This document shows, piece after piece, positions 9,180-17,949 of a stretch of 32,000 nt of DNA (the first letter of the stretch is position 1; each line of letters begins with the position of its first letter). The DNA is from Candidatus Saccharimonadota bacterium (lineage in GTDB: Bacteria; Pseudomonadota; Alphaproteobacteria; CAJXXZ01; 1604HC). The notes under the pieces are model-generated. The model was not told the origin of the DNA. It saw only the letters and a list, made by a program, of their open reading frames with translations, and made no database searches. Position numbers and translations under genes: made by a program. The stretch is taken from assembly GCF_008189285.1 (NCBI RefSeq), contig NZ_CP043315.1, positions 595,925 through 627,924 of the forward strand, given 5' to 3'.

Positions 9180-9548
9180 TTAACGAGGTATTTGAACTCT
9201 CATGCCATTTAATTCTTCAGTAAGAATTACCTGACATCCTAATCTCGATGTATCTTCTAGTCCAGAAGCAACCTCTAGCAAATCTTCTTCGTCTTCACTT
9301 GCAGATTTATCATCAGATTCAAGAATATTGAATGATTTCTCATCTAACACTACATGACATGTAGAACACGCAAGAGCTCCTCCACATGAACATGGTATAG
9401 GTATGTCATTATTCCTAATAACATTTAGTAAAGTTTCGCCAATATTTGCTTCGCATTCTTTCTCACTTCCATCGGGAAATACAAAAACAACTTTTATTTG
9501 TTCATCTTCCTGTATTCCATGCAATGTATCGATTTTGTTTTCATTCAT
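9180..9548 (-). CDS. fdx: [2Fe-2S] ferredoxin, adrenodoxin/ISC Fdx type
   Basis: Cluster ligands in CGGALACSTCHV (C-x5-C-x2-C) plus a distal SRLGCQV, and an acidic helix EDEEDLLE. Confidence 0.85.
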   Translation of the reverse strand: MNENKIDTLHGIQEDEQIKVVFVFPDGSEKECEANIGETLLNVIRNNDIPIPCSCGGALACSTCHVVLDEKSFNILESDDKSASEDEEDLLEVASGLEDTSRLGCQVILTEELNGMRVQIPR

Positions 9549-9807
9549 AAGAAAATTATATATGCAGCATTAAATTTTTAATAGTGGAGATATTTTAAAG
9601 CTATATTCTAAAATGGATAAATTGATCTGACAAGAGTCAATAATTACTATCAAATCAAAATGAAATAATAATAGCAAAATCTTGAAAAATTAAAGTTGAA
9701 ATAAAATCTCAAACAAAATTACAAATCAACCTATAAGCTAAAAATAAATAAATTATCAAGTTTCAATTAAAATATGAAATAGAGATCAATAAAAATCACA
9801 TAAGATA

Positions 9808-9825
9808 TATATCAATTATATCAAT
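9808..9825. repeat. 9-bp tandem duplication TATATCAAT x2, followed by a third ATATCA 10 bp on
   Basis: Read directly at 9808-9816 and 9817-9825. The third ATATCA is at 9828-9833. Confidence 0.9.
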
Positions 9826-10010
9826 AAATATCACTATTTCTTTTGTCAAAACAACTAAATACAATAAAGCCCCTTAGAAATCAACTTGTTTGATTAGGGA
9901 AACTCTAACAATAAAATTGCAAGCATCATTAAATTACATTAAGAAAATTATATTTCTGCAAATCTTGCTTAAACTTATTTGAATATTTAAGAAAATGACA
10001 AATGATGAAT

Positions 10011-10493
10011 CTATTCAGATTTTACAATCTTATCTTTTAAAATTATTTTCTTAGACTGCTTGTCAAATTTCTCAACTTGTCTCCATGCAATCATGCATTC
10101 CAAATCAGTGTCTAAAATTAATCCAGCTCCAAAATCATATACATCACTAACAACAGATATCTCACTTCCGTCAGGATTGCATACTTTCATCCCAACAAGA
10201 TCAGCGCAATAAACTTCATTATCTTGTAAATCTTCTTTTTCTGTAACAACATTTTTTTTGCAGAATCTCTCTATATCTTCTATTGTGTCAAAATCTACAA
10301 ATTTAATTATAGACTTATTGTCATGTAAAATATTTATTGATTCTATTTTTAACTCATTGCCATCAATAAACACGGTGTCATAATCAACATTTTCATAATA
10401 TAAATGCATTTTAATATGACCTTTTAGACCATGTGATTTGATTGTTTTTCCAATTGTAATAAAATTTTCTGATATATCTTTTTTGTCTGACAT
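10011..10493 (-). CDS. rimM: 16S rRNA processing protein RimM
   Basis: ITIGKTIKSHGLKGHIKM N-terminal barrel motif, YCADLVGMKV and GAGLIL. It lies directly downstream of rpsP. Confidence 0.85.
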   Translation of the reverse strand: MSDKKDISENFITIGKTIKSHGLKGHIKMHLYYENVDYDTVFIDGNELKIESINILHDNKSIIKFVDFDTIEDIERFCKKNVVTEKEDLQDNEVYCADLVGMKVCNPDGSEISVVSDVYDFGAGLILDTDLECMIAWRQVEKFDKQSKKIILKDKIVKSE

Positions 10494-10538
10494 GTAAAAA
10501 ATCTATTTATAATAAATTTAACTTAACTCAAAAAGAGA

Positions 10539-10799
10539 TTAAGCAAATTTCCTTGGCTCAACGATGCCTTGTACTCCAAGTAGATAATGAGCTCTATCTG
10601 TCAATTGAGCTCCTTTAGAGATCCAATATTTTACTCTCTCTGGATTAAAAATAAATCTCTGTTCATTTGTTAGTCTTGGGGTATAAGTTCCAAGTTTCTC
10701 AACAAACTTTCCATCTCTCGGAGATTGACTTTCAGCTGCTACTAAGAAATAAACAGGATTTCTCTTTTTTCCACCTCTGGCTAATCTAATTTTTAACAT
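10539..10799 (-). CDS. rpsP: 30S ribosomal protein S16
   Basis: MLKIRLARGGKKRNPVYFLVAAESQSPRDGKFVEKLGTYTP is a canonical S16 N-terminus. Confidence 0.95.
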   Translation of the reverse strand: MLKIRLARGGKKRNPVYFLVAAESQSPRDGKFVEKLGTYTPRLTNEQRFIFNPERVKYWISKGAQLTDRAHYLLGVQGIVEPRKFA

Positions 10800-13700
10800 T
10801 ATTTTCTCCTATTTTCGTGATTAATTTTAACTTTTGCAAGCAAAAAGCGCAAGTCTGAAAACAAAACACATGCAGCAGGTATGACAAACAATGTGAAAAA
10901 TGTTCCAAATGACATTCCTCCAATTATAACCCATCCGATTTCTCTTCTGAATTCAGAACCAAATCCTCCAGCTATAACCAAAGGAACAGCTCCTAATACC
11001 ATGGCTAGCGTAGTCATAAGAATAGGGCGCAAACGCAAAAGAGAAGCATTTGTAGCAGATTTAAACAAATCAATGCCTTTGGCTCTTTCTTTCTTGTAAT
11101 AATCTACAATCAACACTGCATGCTTAGTAATCAAACCAATAAGAGTAACAAGTCCAATTTGACTGTAAACATTCAAACTTAATCCAGGGATCACAAATAT
11201 TGTCAGAACAGCTCCTGCAAGTGCAAGAGGCACTGATGTCATAATAATCAATGGATCATAGAAGCTCTCAAATTGAGCTGCTAAAATCAAGAAAATAAAG
11301 ATCAATGCAAGCATCAAAATAACCGTGAAATTATTACCTTCCTCGATAAGATTTCTAATGCTAACACTAGGGCTTACTATGTATCCATCAGGAAGAATTG
11401 CGTATAATTTTCTTTCTATTTCTTTGTACACAGCGATGGCGTCATTTCCAGATTTCAAAGAACCATGCATAGAAAATGATCTCATTCCATCGCTATGGAA
11501 CATCATTGGCCTTGAAGATGTTTCAATAATATTTATAACATCTCTTAAAGAAATAAGCTTCCTAGATGACTTATCGTCTGGGTCATTCAAGTTAGTATAA
11601 ACATGAAATCTGGTAATTCCATCAGGATCTTTTCTGAATTTTTCATCAGCCCAAACACTAACAGGATAACGTTTTCCATCTCTTTCATACCTAACTGCTG
11701 GAGGATTTCCTCTCATGATCATTGCAATATTGTCTCTCAACGTTCCAAGATCAATACCAAGAGAAAGGGCTCTTTCTTTATTTATCTCAATGTTAAAGTT
11801 TTTCTCAGGACTTGTTCTGCTAATTCTAACATTTTCTATTGATGGGCTTGACTGCAAAATACGCACAGATCTCATACCCATTCTTTCTATTTCGTCATAT
11901 GATTTATTGCTTTTAATAATAGCAGCAATATCTCCAGATCCTCCTCCAATAGTTCCTCTATTCCAAGAAATATCAACTCTATTTCCAGGCAAAGAAGCTC
12001 CAAATTGTTTTCTCAATTCTTGAGAAATTGCATTTGCTGATTTTCTCTTAGAGAATGGCTTCAACAAAGCAACCAATGAAACTTTATCAGTTCCACTTGA
12101 GAAATTGGAATAAACAGATTCAACTCCATCTTGGCTCTGAATAATTGACTCTGCCTTAGAAATTGCATATTCCATATACTTCACATTTGCACCACTAGCA
12201 GGTGTAATATTTATATCTACAATTCCTTTATCTTGCTCGGGAGCAATTACAGATCTTACCCCATATTTTGCAATTCCAAATCCTAACAATCCAAAAAGAA
12301 ATGCCCCTAATACAACATAATTTCTGTAATCAATAGCATATCCTAAGTATTTTTTATACAACCGCTCTAAACTCACAATATGAGAATCAAAAGTTTTAAT
12401 TATTTGCCAATTTAAAGGCTTGTCATTTTCTAGCAAGTATGACGCCATAACTGGAGTCAAAGTTAGAGCAACGACACCAGAAACCAAAACCATCATAGCA
12501 AGAGAAATTGCAAACTCAGCAAATACTTTACCAACTAATCCGCTAGATAAAGCAATAGGAGCATACACTGCAACTAATGTAAGGGTCATGGCAATGATAG
12601 AGAATTGAATCTCAGACATTCCTTTTATTGACGCTTCTCTTGCTGTTTCTCCATTATGAATTCGTCTATGTATAACCTCAATTGCAACAATTGCATCATC
12701 AACAACAAGACCAACAGCCAAAACCATGGCTAGCAAAGTAATAACGTTGATAGAAAATCCAAATGCAGAAATAGTAATAATACCTGCTAACAAACAAATA
12801 GGAATTGTGATTAATGGAATTATAGATGACTTCCATGATTTCAAGAATAAAAGCATCACAATAATAACAAAAATAATTGCCTCGAAGATTGCTTGAATAA
12901 CTCTATTAAGAGATTGCTTTACAGGTTCGGATTGATCCATAATGACATCAATCTTCACTCCATTAGGCAAACTTTTATTAATATTTTCAATTTTTTTCTT
13001 TACTGATGCAGCTACTTCAATTTGATTTGCTTGAGGCTGAATTCCTATATTAATAAATGAAGCAACTCGCCCGTTATATCTTGTTCTAACTTCTTCGTCA
13101 GATTTTTGCATTTCAACTTTAGCAACATCGCTTACTTTAATAACTTTTCCACTTTTTTCTTTAATAACAACATCTTCAAACTCTTCTACTGTTTTAAGAT
13201 CATTTACAATTGTTGTGTTGTAGCGAATATTATTAATCTCGATATGGCCAGCAGGGTGCAAATAAGATTGCCTTCCAATTGCATTGTATACATCCATAGC
13301 AGTCAATTTAAATGCATGCAATCTATCTGGATCAAGCCATACATCTATTCTAAATGTTCTTCCTTCTCCAGCGATTCCAGAAACTTTAACAGAAGATATT
13401 CCATTAATTGTTTCTAGCTCGCTTTTTGAATATCTATATCCAATATCAGACAATTCTGAAGCAGAATATTTGTCTCCAGTGATCGCTAAAATCACTAAAT
13501 CTTTATCTTCTCCTGATGATTTTCTAATAACTGGATCTTTCAATCCTTGAGGAAATGTATTCTTAACTCTACGCATTCTTGTTTCTATTTCAGACGCAAT
13601 AGAATCGGTTGATCTGTTTCCTGAGAACCTCATGTCAATTTTAGCTTCTCCTGATTTGGAGATAACTGTTTCCATGCTTTTTAGACCCTCAACACCAGAC

Positions 13701-13918
13701 AATTCTTCTTCCATCACATTTGCAATTTGTGATTCGACAACTTGAGTGCTTGCTCCTGGATATTCCATGCTAATACTAATAGTAGGCGTTTCAATTTTTG
13801 GATTTTCTCTTAAATTAACACTTCTCAATAAAAATAAACCAACAATTGCAGTGGCAATATAAATCACCCATGTGAATACTGGTCTAGATATGAAAAAAGA
13901 AGCAAAGCTTTTATTCAA
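10799..13918 (-). CDS. RND (AcrB/HAE1-like) inner-membrane efflux transporter
   Basis: 1039 aa. The N-terminus FFISRPVFTWVIYIATAIVG is typical, with 12-TM, two-large-loop architecture and VGLVVDDAIVAIE. Its stop shares one base with the rpsP start (TAATG at 10801-10797). Confidence 0.9.
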   Translation of the reverse strand: MNKSFASFFISRPVFTWVIYIATAIVGLFLLRSVNLRENPKIETPTISISMEYPGASTQVVESQIANVMEEELSGVEGLKSMETVISKSGEAKIDMRFSGNRSTDSIASEIETRMRRVKNTFPQGLKDPVIRKSSGEDKDLVILAITGDKYSASELSDIGYRYSKSELETINGISSVKVSGIAGEGRTFRIDVWLDPDRLHAFKLTAMDVYNAIGRQSYLHPAGHIEINNIRYNTTIVNDLKTVEEFEDVVIKEKSGKVIKVSDVAKVEMQKSDEEVRTRYNGRVASFINIGIQPQANQIEVAASVKKKIENINKSLPNGVKIDVIMDQSEPVKQSLNRVIQAIFEAIIFVIIVMLLFLKSWKSSIIPLITIPICLLAGIITISAFGFSINVITLLAMVLAVGLVVDDAIVAIEVIHRRIHNGETAREASIKGMSEIQFSIIAMTLTLVAVYAPIALSSGLVGKVFAEFAISLAMMVLVSGVVALTLTPVMASYLLENDKPLNWQIIKTFDSHIVSLERLYKKYLGYAIDYRNYVVLGAFLFGLLGFGIAKYGVRSVIAPEQDKGIVDINITPASGANVKYMEYAISKAESIIQSQDGVESVYSNFSSGTDKVSLVALLKPFSKRKSANAISQELRKQFGASLPGNRVDISWNRGTIGGGSGDIAAIIKSNKSYDEIERMGMRSVRILQSSPSIENVRISRTSPEKNFNIEINKERALSLGIDLGTLRDNIAMIMRGNPPAVRYERDGKRYPVSVWADEKFRKDPDGITRFHVYTNLNDPDDKSSRKLISLRDVINIIETSSRPMMFHSDGMRSFSMHGSLKSGNDAIAVYKEIERKLYAILPDGYIVSPSVSIRNLIEEGNNFTVILMLALIFIFLILAAQFESFYDPLIIMTSVPLALAGAVLTIFVIPGLSLNVYSQIGLVTLIGLITKHAVLIVDYYKKERAKGIDLFKSATNASLLRLRPILMTTLAMVLGAVPLVIAGGFGSEFRREIGWVIIGGMSFGTFFTLFVIPAACVLFSDLRFLLAKVKINHENRRK

Positions 13919-14981
13919 CTTTATCTCCTAATATTTGCGCTTGAACTTTTAGTCCATCGCTAATGCTATCACCAACTTCAATAATAACTATATCTCCTTC
14001 TGCAAGGCCATCAACAATTTCCACGTATCCGTCATCTCTGATTCCAATTTTCACAGGAGAGTGACCAGCTTTTCCATTTTCGATTTTATAAACATAAGCG
14101 TTTCCTTGCTGTATTCTTACAGCAGCTTCAGGCGCTTTCACAACATTATGCTTCATGCCCAAAGGAACGCTAATTCTTACAAATTGACCAGGAATAAGAT
14201 CTTCATCTACTTCTTCTAGTTTTGCTTTAACTGCAACACTATGAGTTGCATCAGCTTGAACTTCATATGCCACAATTCTAGCTGTTCTTGGAATAGCATC
14301 TTGCTTATCTGGGTAAACATCTATTTCTAGACCTTTTTTAACATCAGATTTGCTAATTTCTGGAACTGAAAAATGCGCATACAATGGACCATCAGAAACA
14401 AATACAGCAACTTCTTGATTGTAAGGAAGAACTGAACCTGCATTGTATTTAACCAATCCAAGCATTCCATCAAACGGAGCCTTAAAAATCATTTTTGATA
14501 ATTCTGAAAAAGCTCTTTGATAATCTGCTTGAGCTTTTTTATAAGAACTTTCTTTGCTGCTTAAATCAGCATCGGAAATAATTGTATCTTTATTTCCATG
14601 CAATTTAACTGCTCTTTCGTACTTTGCTCTTTCGTCAAGCAAAACAGCTTCTGCACTCAAAACAACACTTTTTTCTGTATCATTAAAGAGCTCCATTATA
14701 AGATCTCCTTCTTTAACAGACTCTCCATCTTGTCTAATGCTTTTAATAGTTGCAGATCTTTCTGCTGTGATATTTATAGATTTTTCAGCTTTTAACGAAC
14801 CTGAAAAAACCTTTCTCTCAGACATGGACCCGCTCTTAACTCTTGCTGCATTTAAAACAATGGCTGGCACATCTTTCTTCTTTGATGACCTACCTTTGTT
14901 AAATAAAAATATCACACCAAATCCTAATAAAGCAGCTATAGCTATCTTTTTATAGTCAAAATCTTTGTAGTCAAAACTCAT
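13911..14981 (-). CDS. RND efflux periplasmic adaptor (membrane fusion protein, HlyD/AcrA family)
   Basis: N-terminal anchor, biotinyl-lipoyl-like VKEGDLIMEL..APFDGMLG, a coiled-coil segment and a beta-barrel C-terminus. It overlaps the RND gene start by 8 nt. Confidence 0.85.
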   Translation of the reverse strand: MSFDYKDFDYKKIAIAALLGFGVIFLFNKGRSSKKKDVPAIVLNAARVKSGSMSERKVFSGSLKAEKSINITAERSATIKSIRQDGESVKEGDLIMELFNDTEKSVVLSAEAVLLDERAKYERAVKLHGNKDTIISDADLSSKESSYKKAQADYQRAFSELSKMIFKAPFDGMLGLVKYNAGSVLPYNQEVAVFVSDGPLYAHFSVPEISKSDVKKGLEIDVYPDKQDAIPRTARIVAYEVQADATHSVAVKAKLEEVDEDLIPGQFVRISVPLGMKHNVVKAPEAAVRIQQGNAYVYKIENGKAGHSPVKIGIRDDGYVEIVDGLAEGDIVIIEVGDSISDGLKVQAQILGDKVE

Positions 14982-15002
14982 TTTTTATACCTTTCTGCAA
15001 TC

Positions 15003-15680
15003 TCAATCTCTTCTACGCTCACCTAAAAGGCTTAATAAAGAGATAAAAATGTTTACAAAACTCATTAATAATTGAAGAGCTCCTATAATTGCAATTTTTT
15101 CCTTTGTCTCTACATCAACTCTAGAATAATACAAATTTGTTAGCATTCCGTGATCGTAAACTATAAATCCAGAGAAAATAACAATAGTTGCCAATGATAA
15201 AACTATATTCATAACAGACGACCAGAAAAACATATTTATTAAGCTAGATAATATCAATCCGATAAGAGATGCTTGTAAAATATTTCCCATTTTGGATAAA
15301 TCTCTATCAGTCACTCTTGCATAATAAGAAAGTCCTCCAAAAATCGCTGCTGTTGATAAAAATGCGCTTACAATGCTTTCTCCTGTGTAAATAGCAAAAA
15401 TTGCTGACAAGGAAATTCCAAGAGAAGCGCTAAACAACATATACATCAACTGTGCGGTTTCAACTGACATTCTTCGAATATTTGTGCTTAACCCTACGCT
15501 AATAATCATAGGCAAGAACATCACTAACAATCCACCAAAACCTCTAGGATATAGCTTCATGCTATGCATAAAATAAGCTATCGAACCCATTACAGCTAGT
15601 CCGATACCAACATTTTGATATATAGCAGCAAAATATCTTCTCAAACCAGAATCAGAATGAACTATGTAATCTTTGTTCAT
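15003..15680 (-). CDS. Bax inhibitor-1/YccA family integral membrane protein
   Basis: 225 aa with about 7 hydrophobic segments. The N-terminus LRRYFAAIYQNVGIGLAV is typical of BI-1/YccA, and the tail is basic (GERRRD). Confidence 0.8.
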   Translation of the reverse strand: MNKDYIVHSDSGLRRYFAAIYQNVGIGLAVMGSIAYFMHSMKLYPRGFGGLLVMFLPMIISVGLSTNIRRMSVETAQLMYMLFSASLGISLSAIFAIYTGESIVSAFLSTAAIFGGLSYYARVTDRDLSKMGNILQASLIGLILSSLINMFFWSSVMNIVLSLATIVIFSGFIVYDHGMLTNLYYSRVDVETKEKIAIIGALQLLMSFVNIFISLLSLLGERRRD

Positions 15681-15770
15681 AAACCCTCCTCTTTAAACAA
15701 AAAGATTCTATCATGAATAACAATTCATATAAATGTATTATCAATTCAATTTGTTATGTATATTTAATAT

Positions 15771-16331
15771 ATGCAAGATTATTCACATATTTTTGTAGAT
15801 TTAGATGGAACTCTTATCAAACAAAATATCAGTTTAGAGCTGTTTAAAAGACTTATTATACGACATCCACTGATAGCTCTTAAAATACAGATTAATTTCT
15901 GTTTAAATAAAAAACAATTAAATATAGATATATTAGGAAAATATGTCAATTGTATCGATATTAGGAAAATGCAATTTCATAACCAACTCTTAAAATTCCT
16001 AAAAGAGAAAAAGAAGTTAGGGAAAAAAATTGTCCTTGCAACAGGGTCTCCGGTAAAATTAGCTGAAAAGGTAAATTTTTACTTAAACAATCTCTTTGAT
16101 GATGTTATAGGGTCATATGGAAAATTGAGGTGCGTTTCTAAAGATAAATTAGTAGAAATAGAAAAATACCCCAACAAAAATAAATTTATGTATATAGGAA
16201 ACAGCAATCAAGACATTGAAGTTTGGCTTGGATCAGATTTATGTGGAGTAGTTGAAAAGGAATCGTTTGCTAAATTAATTTCAGAAGAGCATGGCATTAA
16301 TTTCGATATCGCATTTAAAAATTTTGAATAG
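15771..16331 (+). CDS. HAD-superfamily (subfamily IB-like) hydrolase
   Basis: Motif I FVDLDGTL, motif II LATGS, motif III/IV K..YIGNSNQD. Confidence 0.7.
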   Translation: MQDYSHIFVDLDGTLIKQNISLELFKRLIIRHPLIALKIQINFCLNKKQLNIDILGKYVNCIDIRKMQFHNQLLKFLKEKKKLGKKIVLATGSPVKLAEKVNFYLNNLFDDVIGSYGKLRCVSKDKLVEIEKYPNKNKFMYIGNSNQDIEVWLGSDLCGVVEKESFAKLISEEHGINFDIAFKNFE

Positions 16332-16398
16332 TTTTAGTTTGATTTAGACAAATACTGCATGAATTAAAATGATATATATGCATATTGAAATTTTGCAT

Positions 16399-16420
16399 AT
16401 TGTTTAATTATTGTTTAATT
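16399..16420. repeat. 11-bp perfect tandem duplication ATTGTTTAATT x2
   Basis: Read directly, about 50 bp upstream of the trmD start. Confidence 0.9.
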
Positions 16421-16468
16421 AAATTGCAAAGTATTTATCTTTCTTATTTAGTTTGATAATTTTTGCAT

Positions 16469-17185
16469 ATGTGGAATGTAAATATTGGAACTATTTTTCC
16501 TGATATTTTTCCTGGTACTTTAGGAGTATCTTGCTTAGGCAAAGCTCATAAAAAATACTGGGAATTATTTGTTCAAGACTTCAGAAATTATGCAAATGAT
16601 AAGCATAATACTGTAGATGATACTCCATTTGGAGGTGGGCCTGGAATGGTTATGAAATGCAATACTATCGATTCATGGCTAAGCGATGTTTATAAAAAAG
16701 GCAAAATAATTTACATGTCTCCAAGAGGAAGAACTCTCAATCAAAGCTACGCAAAAGAATTAATAAAAGAAGATTTATATATTATCTGCGGAAGATACGA
16801 AGGGGTTGACTGTCGAGTGTTAAATCATTGGAATGTAGAAGAAGTTAGCATGGGGGATTATGTTTTATGTGGCGGAGAAGTTGCATCTATGGCTTTAGTG
16901 GAAACATGCGCCAGATTAATACCAGGAGTTCTTGGAAACAAAGAATCTGCAGAACAAGATAGCTTTTCCAATGACTTACTTGAACATGATCAATATACAA
17001 AGCCTAATATCTGGGTTCCAAATAATAGTGAAATGTCATATAATACTCCGTGTGTTCTAAGATCTGGGAATCATAAAGCAATTTCTGACTGGAAACTGTC
17101 CAATAGCGAGGCAGTGACTGAGAAAAATAGATATGATTTGTGGATCGAATATATTAGAAAGAAGGAGAAAAATGTACATTCTTGA
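16469..17185 (+). CDS. trmD: tRNA (guanine37-N1)-methyltransferase
   Basis: TIFPDIFPG, DDTPFGGGPGMVM, SPRGRTL, ICGRYEGVDCRV, MGDYVLCGGEVASMALVE. The track start at 16463 is a TTG, and the ATG at 16469 gives MWNVNIGTIFP. Confidence 0.92.
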   Translation: MWNVNIGTIFPDIFPGTLGVSCLGKAHKKYWELFVQDFRNYANDKHNTVDDTPFGGGPGMVMKCNTIDSWLSDVYKKGKIIYMSPRGRTLNQSYAKELIKEDLYIICGRYEGVDCRVLNHWNVEEVSMGDYVLCGGEVASMALVETCARLIPGVLGNKESAEQDSFSNDLLEHDQYTKPNIWVPNNSEMSYNTPCVLRSGNHKAISDWKLSNSEAVTEKNRYDLWIEYIRKKEKNVHS

Positions 17186-17516
17186 GCTGTTCGAAAAAAG
17201 AAAGCGAGAAGCAGCAGCACAAAGACTTAATTCAGATCAATTTAGAGCTGGAGATACTGTCGCTGCTCACGTCATATCCGATGTAAATCAAAAAACTGCA
17301 AGACCATTTACTGGACTTTGTATAAGAAAGAGTGCTTCAACTGCGCTAATTAGAGAAACAATAGGAAATGATGCTGTAGAATTTATTTTCCCTTTGCATT
17401 CTAATGTTCAATTTAAACTTTTAAAATCTTCAAAAGTAAGAAGAGCGAGACTATATTACTTAAGAGAGCTTAAAGGTAAAAAAGCAAGATTAAAAGAAAG
17501 GCGTAGAAAAGCATAA
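17172..17516 (+). CDS. rplS: 50S ribosomal protein L19
   Basis: [11 protein letters not shown] and [20 protein letters not shown]. The ATG at 17172 is preceded by GAAGGAG. The track start at 17133 lies inside trmD. Confidence 0.88.
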   Translation: MYILELFEKRKREAAAQRLNSDQFRAGDTVAAHVISDVNQKTARPFTGLCIRKSASTALIRETIGNDAVEFIFPLHSNVQFKLLKSSKVRRARLYYLRELKGKKARLKERRRKA

Positions 17517-17905
17517 TGACAACATTAAGACAATTATGTAGGAAAAAAAATGGAGGAAGAAAAGTTAAGGCAGTAGCATCTAAGTTTGTTGCTTTATCTG
17601 GATCACCTCAAAGAAAGGGAACATGTTCAAGAGTATTTCACATGAACCCTAGAAAACCTAACTCTGCGCAAAGACCAGTTGTTAGAGTAACTTTAACAAC
17701 CGGTTATGAAGTAACTGCATATGTTCCAGGAATGGGACATGCTTTACAAGAGCATTCCATGGTTCTAGTAAGAGCTGGAGGCCCTGCTGATTTACCTGGT
17801 GTAAACTATAGAGTTATTAGAGGCGTGTTAGACGCAAAAGGTGTAGAGGCAAGAAGAAGCAGTAGATCCAGATATGGAGCTTCTAAGCCAACACAAAAAG
17901 GATAG
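17516..17905 (+). CDS. rpsL: 30S ribosomal protein S12 (divergent)
   Basis: [49 protein letters not shown]. The start overlaps the rplS stop (TAATG). Confidence 0.93.
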   Translation: MTTLRQLCRKKNGGRKVKAVASKFVALSGSPQRKGTCSRVFHMNPRKPNSAQRPVVRVTLTTGYEVTAYVPGMGHALQEHSMVLVRAGGPADLPGVNYRVIRGVLDAKGVEARRSSRSRYGASKPTQKG

Positions 17906-17949
17906 AATCAATTGCATTCTTCTAGGACAAAAATGATAAGGAGTTATTT

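Noticed and set aside
10881-13550. Series of plus-strand ORFs (62-103 aa) inside the RND gene, with similar antisense ORFs inside the MFP (14554-14955, 14598-14795), histidine kinase (7759-9023), gpsA (6798-7091), priA (2504-2758), fusA (18450-20404), rpsG (17922-18185), S3/L16/L22/L3/L4 and tkt/der
   Set aside because: All are embedded antisense or out of frame in genes with strong family motifs. None has a recognisable motif or ribosome-binding site.
10799-14981. RND/MFP pair as a horizontally acquired resistance island
   Set aside because: There are no flanking mobile-element genes or tRNA-adjacent integration signature. Composition and codon style look the same as the neighbours, and the genes are overlap-coupled to core genes.
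15681-15770. Divergent strand switch (minus genes to the left, plus genes to the right) as a replication origin
   Set aside because: The spacer is only 90 bp, I found no DnaA-box-like TTATCCACA words, and there is no dnaA/dnaN/hemE context. Orientation switches back to minus at about 26.9 kb.
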